A DNA stretch of 64,000 bases from Candidatus Hopanoidivoransaceae bacterium. GTDB taxonomy: Bacteria > Actinomycetota > Acidimicrobiia > Acidimicrobiales > Hopanoidiivorantaceae. The stretch is taken from the NCBI GenBank assembly GCA_965204495.1, contig OZ241989.1:1641214-1705213 (forward strand). Reading direction: 5' to 3'. This document shows, piece by piece, positions 62,647 to 64,000 of the stretch. Position 1 is the first letter of the stretch, and the number at the start of each line of letters is the position of its first letter. The position numbers and the translations under genes were made by a program. The notes below the pieces were generated by a model, which had not been told where the DNA came from, did no database searches, and saw nothing but the letters and a program-made list of their open reading frames with translations.

Positions 62647-63390
62647 TTAATGTTCCAAAACATCTAAAACTGCTTCAGGGTGCACTCGCCACAAAACTTT
62701 ATGCTTCCTGTCTTTAAACACCACAGGTCTGCACCCTGCCTGTTCCCTCTGAGGTGATATTTCTATCCAACGATCAGCCTTAGCCGCAGAAGATACAGAG
62801 TTCAGAAATTCCGTATCATTTCCATTCGGCATATCATGTTTGCTGAATTGGGAACCAGCCGACGCTATCCTGCGAACTCCATCATTGAACCCCATCTGCA
62901 GCGAAAGACATAAAAGAGACTTCCAAAAATCTTGCTTTTCAGAGAGCACTCCAGCGTAGAACACCAGCATCAATGTCTCCTCGGCAGCTAAATTCGGACA
63001 GTCCTGCGCATACTCCAACAGCGCACGTTCAGGAGAAGACAGCCAAGTTCTGCTGTCTATTTGTCGCGCCGAAATTCGCAACGTTTCGCTGTCTTCACGA
63101 TGATGCCAAATGAAATAGCCGGCCGCGGTTCCCTTGTCATCCATATCCGCAGAAACGGAAAGCCCAGCTTTCATCGGCATTCCAGCCTCCAGCAAAGCGG
63201 AATCATGCGAGATTCTCCTCACGATGCTGCCATAAAACCCATCCAACCTCTCCGCGCGCGACAATCCCTGCAGAGGTGTCCACGCCAAGCCATTGCGACG
63301 CCAACTGTCGGATTTTATCGTCACATGACTATCGTTGCCTGTTTTCACCACTGTATCTGGTTGTTCTGCGAACATCTGCTTGGTGCTCAT
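62647..63390 (-). CDS. Hypothetical protein (247 aa); weak resemblance to AbiEi-type antitoxin C-terminal region
   Basis: ORF-track entry. Only the stretch WLSSPERALLEYAQD recalls the (S/T)PERTLLD motif, so the family call is tentative. Confidence 0.45.
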   Translation of the reverse strand: MSTKQMFAEQPDTVVKTGNDSHVTIKSDSWRRNGLAWTPLQGLSRAERLDGFYGSIVRRISHDSALLEAGMPMKAGLSVSADMDDKGTAAGYFIWHHREDSETLRISARQIDSRTWLSSPERALLEYAQDCPNLAAEETLMLVFYAGVLSEKQDFWKSLLCLSLQMGFNDGVRRIASAGSQFSKHDMPNGNDTEFLNSVSSAAKADRWIEISPQREQAGCRPVVFKDRKHKVLWRVHPEAVLDVLEH

Positions 63391-63447
63391 GTTTACCAGT
63401 ATAGAGTGCGTTTCCTGAAATTACAACTCTAGAATAGATTTTCCGTT

Positions 63448-63572
63448 CCGGCGAGCGTATGTTTTCTGCTGGCGACCTGCAGGGATTTCCTATAGGGTGG
63501 GGTTGCGGGGTGACGCTGGCGCGGCTTCTGGTCTGCTGTCTTGTGGCTGAACCGCATAGTCAACAGCGATTG
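63448..63572 (+). repeat. Island scaffold element: M3 + M4, joined directly to the 21-bp array
   Basis: ccggcgagcgtatgttttctgctggcgacctgcagggatttcctatagggtggggttgcggggtgacgctggcgcggcttctggtctgctgtcttgtggctgaaccgcatagtcaacagcga. Confidence 0.85.
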
Positions 63573-63908
63573 GCTCGTATCCCCGATGCTGTTGGTCGTA
63601 TCCCCGATGCTGTTGGTCGTATCCCCGATGCTGTTGGTCGTATCCCCGATGCTGTTGGTCGTATCCCCGATGCTGTTGGTCGTATCCCCGATGCTGTTGG
63701 TCGTATCCCCGATGCTGTTGGTCGTATCCCCGATGCTGTTGGTCGTATCCCCGATGCTGTTGGTCGTATCCCCGATGCTGTTGGTCGTATCCCCGATGCT
63801 GTTGGTCGTATCCCCGATGCTGTTGGTCGTATCCCCGATGCTGTTGGTCGTATCCCCGATGCTGTTGGTCGTATCCCCGATGCTGTTGGTCGTATCCCCG
63901 ATGCTGCA
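63573..63908. repeat. 21-bp tandem array x16 (ggtcgtatccccgatgctgtt), essentially perfect
   Basis: 336 bp = 16 x 21. The first unit starts gct and the last ends gca. It is followed by the same tail (ttgacaccYcaaatgcaaaatatttctata) as the 8-copy array. Confidence 0.95.
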
Positions 63909-64000
63909 TTGACACCTCAAATGCAAAATATTTCTATATTTGCAAAGACTTTATCAGGTTTTCGGTAAAACAGCAACCCTTTCTTCCAGCACCCCGAAGG

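Noticed and set aside
56171-63908. Possibility that the 21-bp or 23-bp arrays are CRISPR arrays.
   Set aside because: The repeats are strictly head-to-tail with no spacers. No cas genes are in the window.
56171-63968. Possibility that the island is a classical integron cassette array with attC sites.
   Set aside because: No intI/attI is in the window. I could not find RYYYAAC/GTTRRRY core pairs at module borders. The conserved block (~250 bp plus tandem arrays) is much larger than attC, and the ORFs face both ways. I retained it only as an analogy.

Overview
GC-rich 64-kb fragment with most genes on the minus strand. A WhiB-family regulator together with TatA, SerB, RNase HII and an initiator-type tRNA-Met suggests an actinobacterial chromosome; this is an inference, since no search could be run.

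(1) 1-37 kb holds densely packed core and metabolic genes. These are an acyl-CoA dehydrogenase (partial), a B12-domain/MeaB-like fusion, an acyl-CoA synthetase, a divergent GT4 + GH63-like pair, and LivK-like and peptide-type ABC components. They continue with a tandem-fused family III CoA-transferase, a thiolase, a D-aminoacylase-like amidohydrolase, an aldehyde dehydrogenase and a fused indolepyruvate:ferredoxin oxidoreductase. The block ends with two amidohydrolase-2 paralogs, an SDR, an acetoacetate-decarboxylase-family protein, RmuC and a VOC protein. Seven copies of a mosaic palindromic element (conserved ~23-nt arms, three interchangeable cores) fill the intergenic gaps at 13.6-19.4 kb and 26.5 kb.

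(2) 37.2-55.9 kb is one uninterrupted 18,729-nt ORF of 6,242 aa. It has a signal/anchor sequence, about 55 tandem ~97-aa two-cysteine modules, an internal plant-type LRR block, a ~3.3-kb near-identical super-repeat, a Pro/Thr linker and an unassigned C-terminal domain. Its 5' end sits in a triplicated ~62-nt unit, each copy carrying a C9/C9/C10 homopolymer tract. One tract lies inside codons 7-10, which looks like a slipped-strand phase-variation switch.

(3) 56.2-64 kb is an AT-richer accessory island. Short cassettes (an AlbA_2/HATPase-like ATPase, micro-ORFs, a truncated DNA methyltransferase, hypothetical gene pairs) are separated by shuffled combinations of conserved non-coding modules. 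These modules are bracketed by perfect 23-bp and 21-bp tandem arrays. I consider this modular scaffold, plus the phase-variable giant gene next to it, the most likely undescribed system.

No rRNA, CRISPR array, transposase or integrase was seen in the window.
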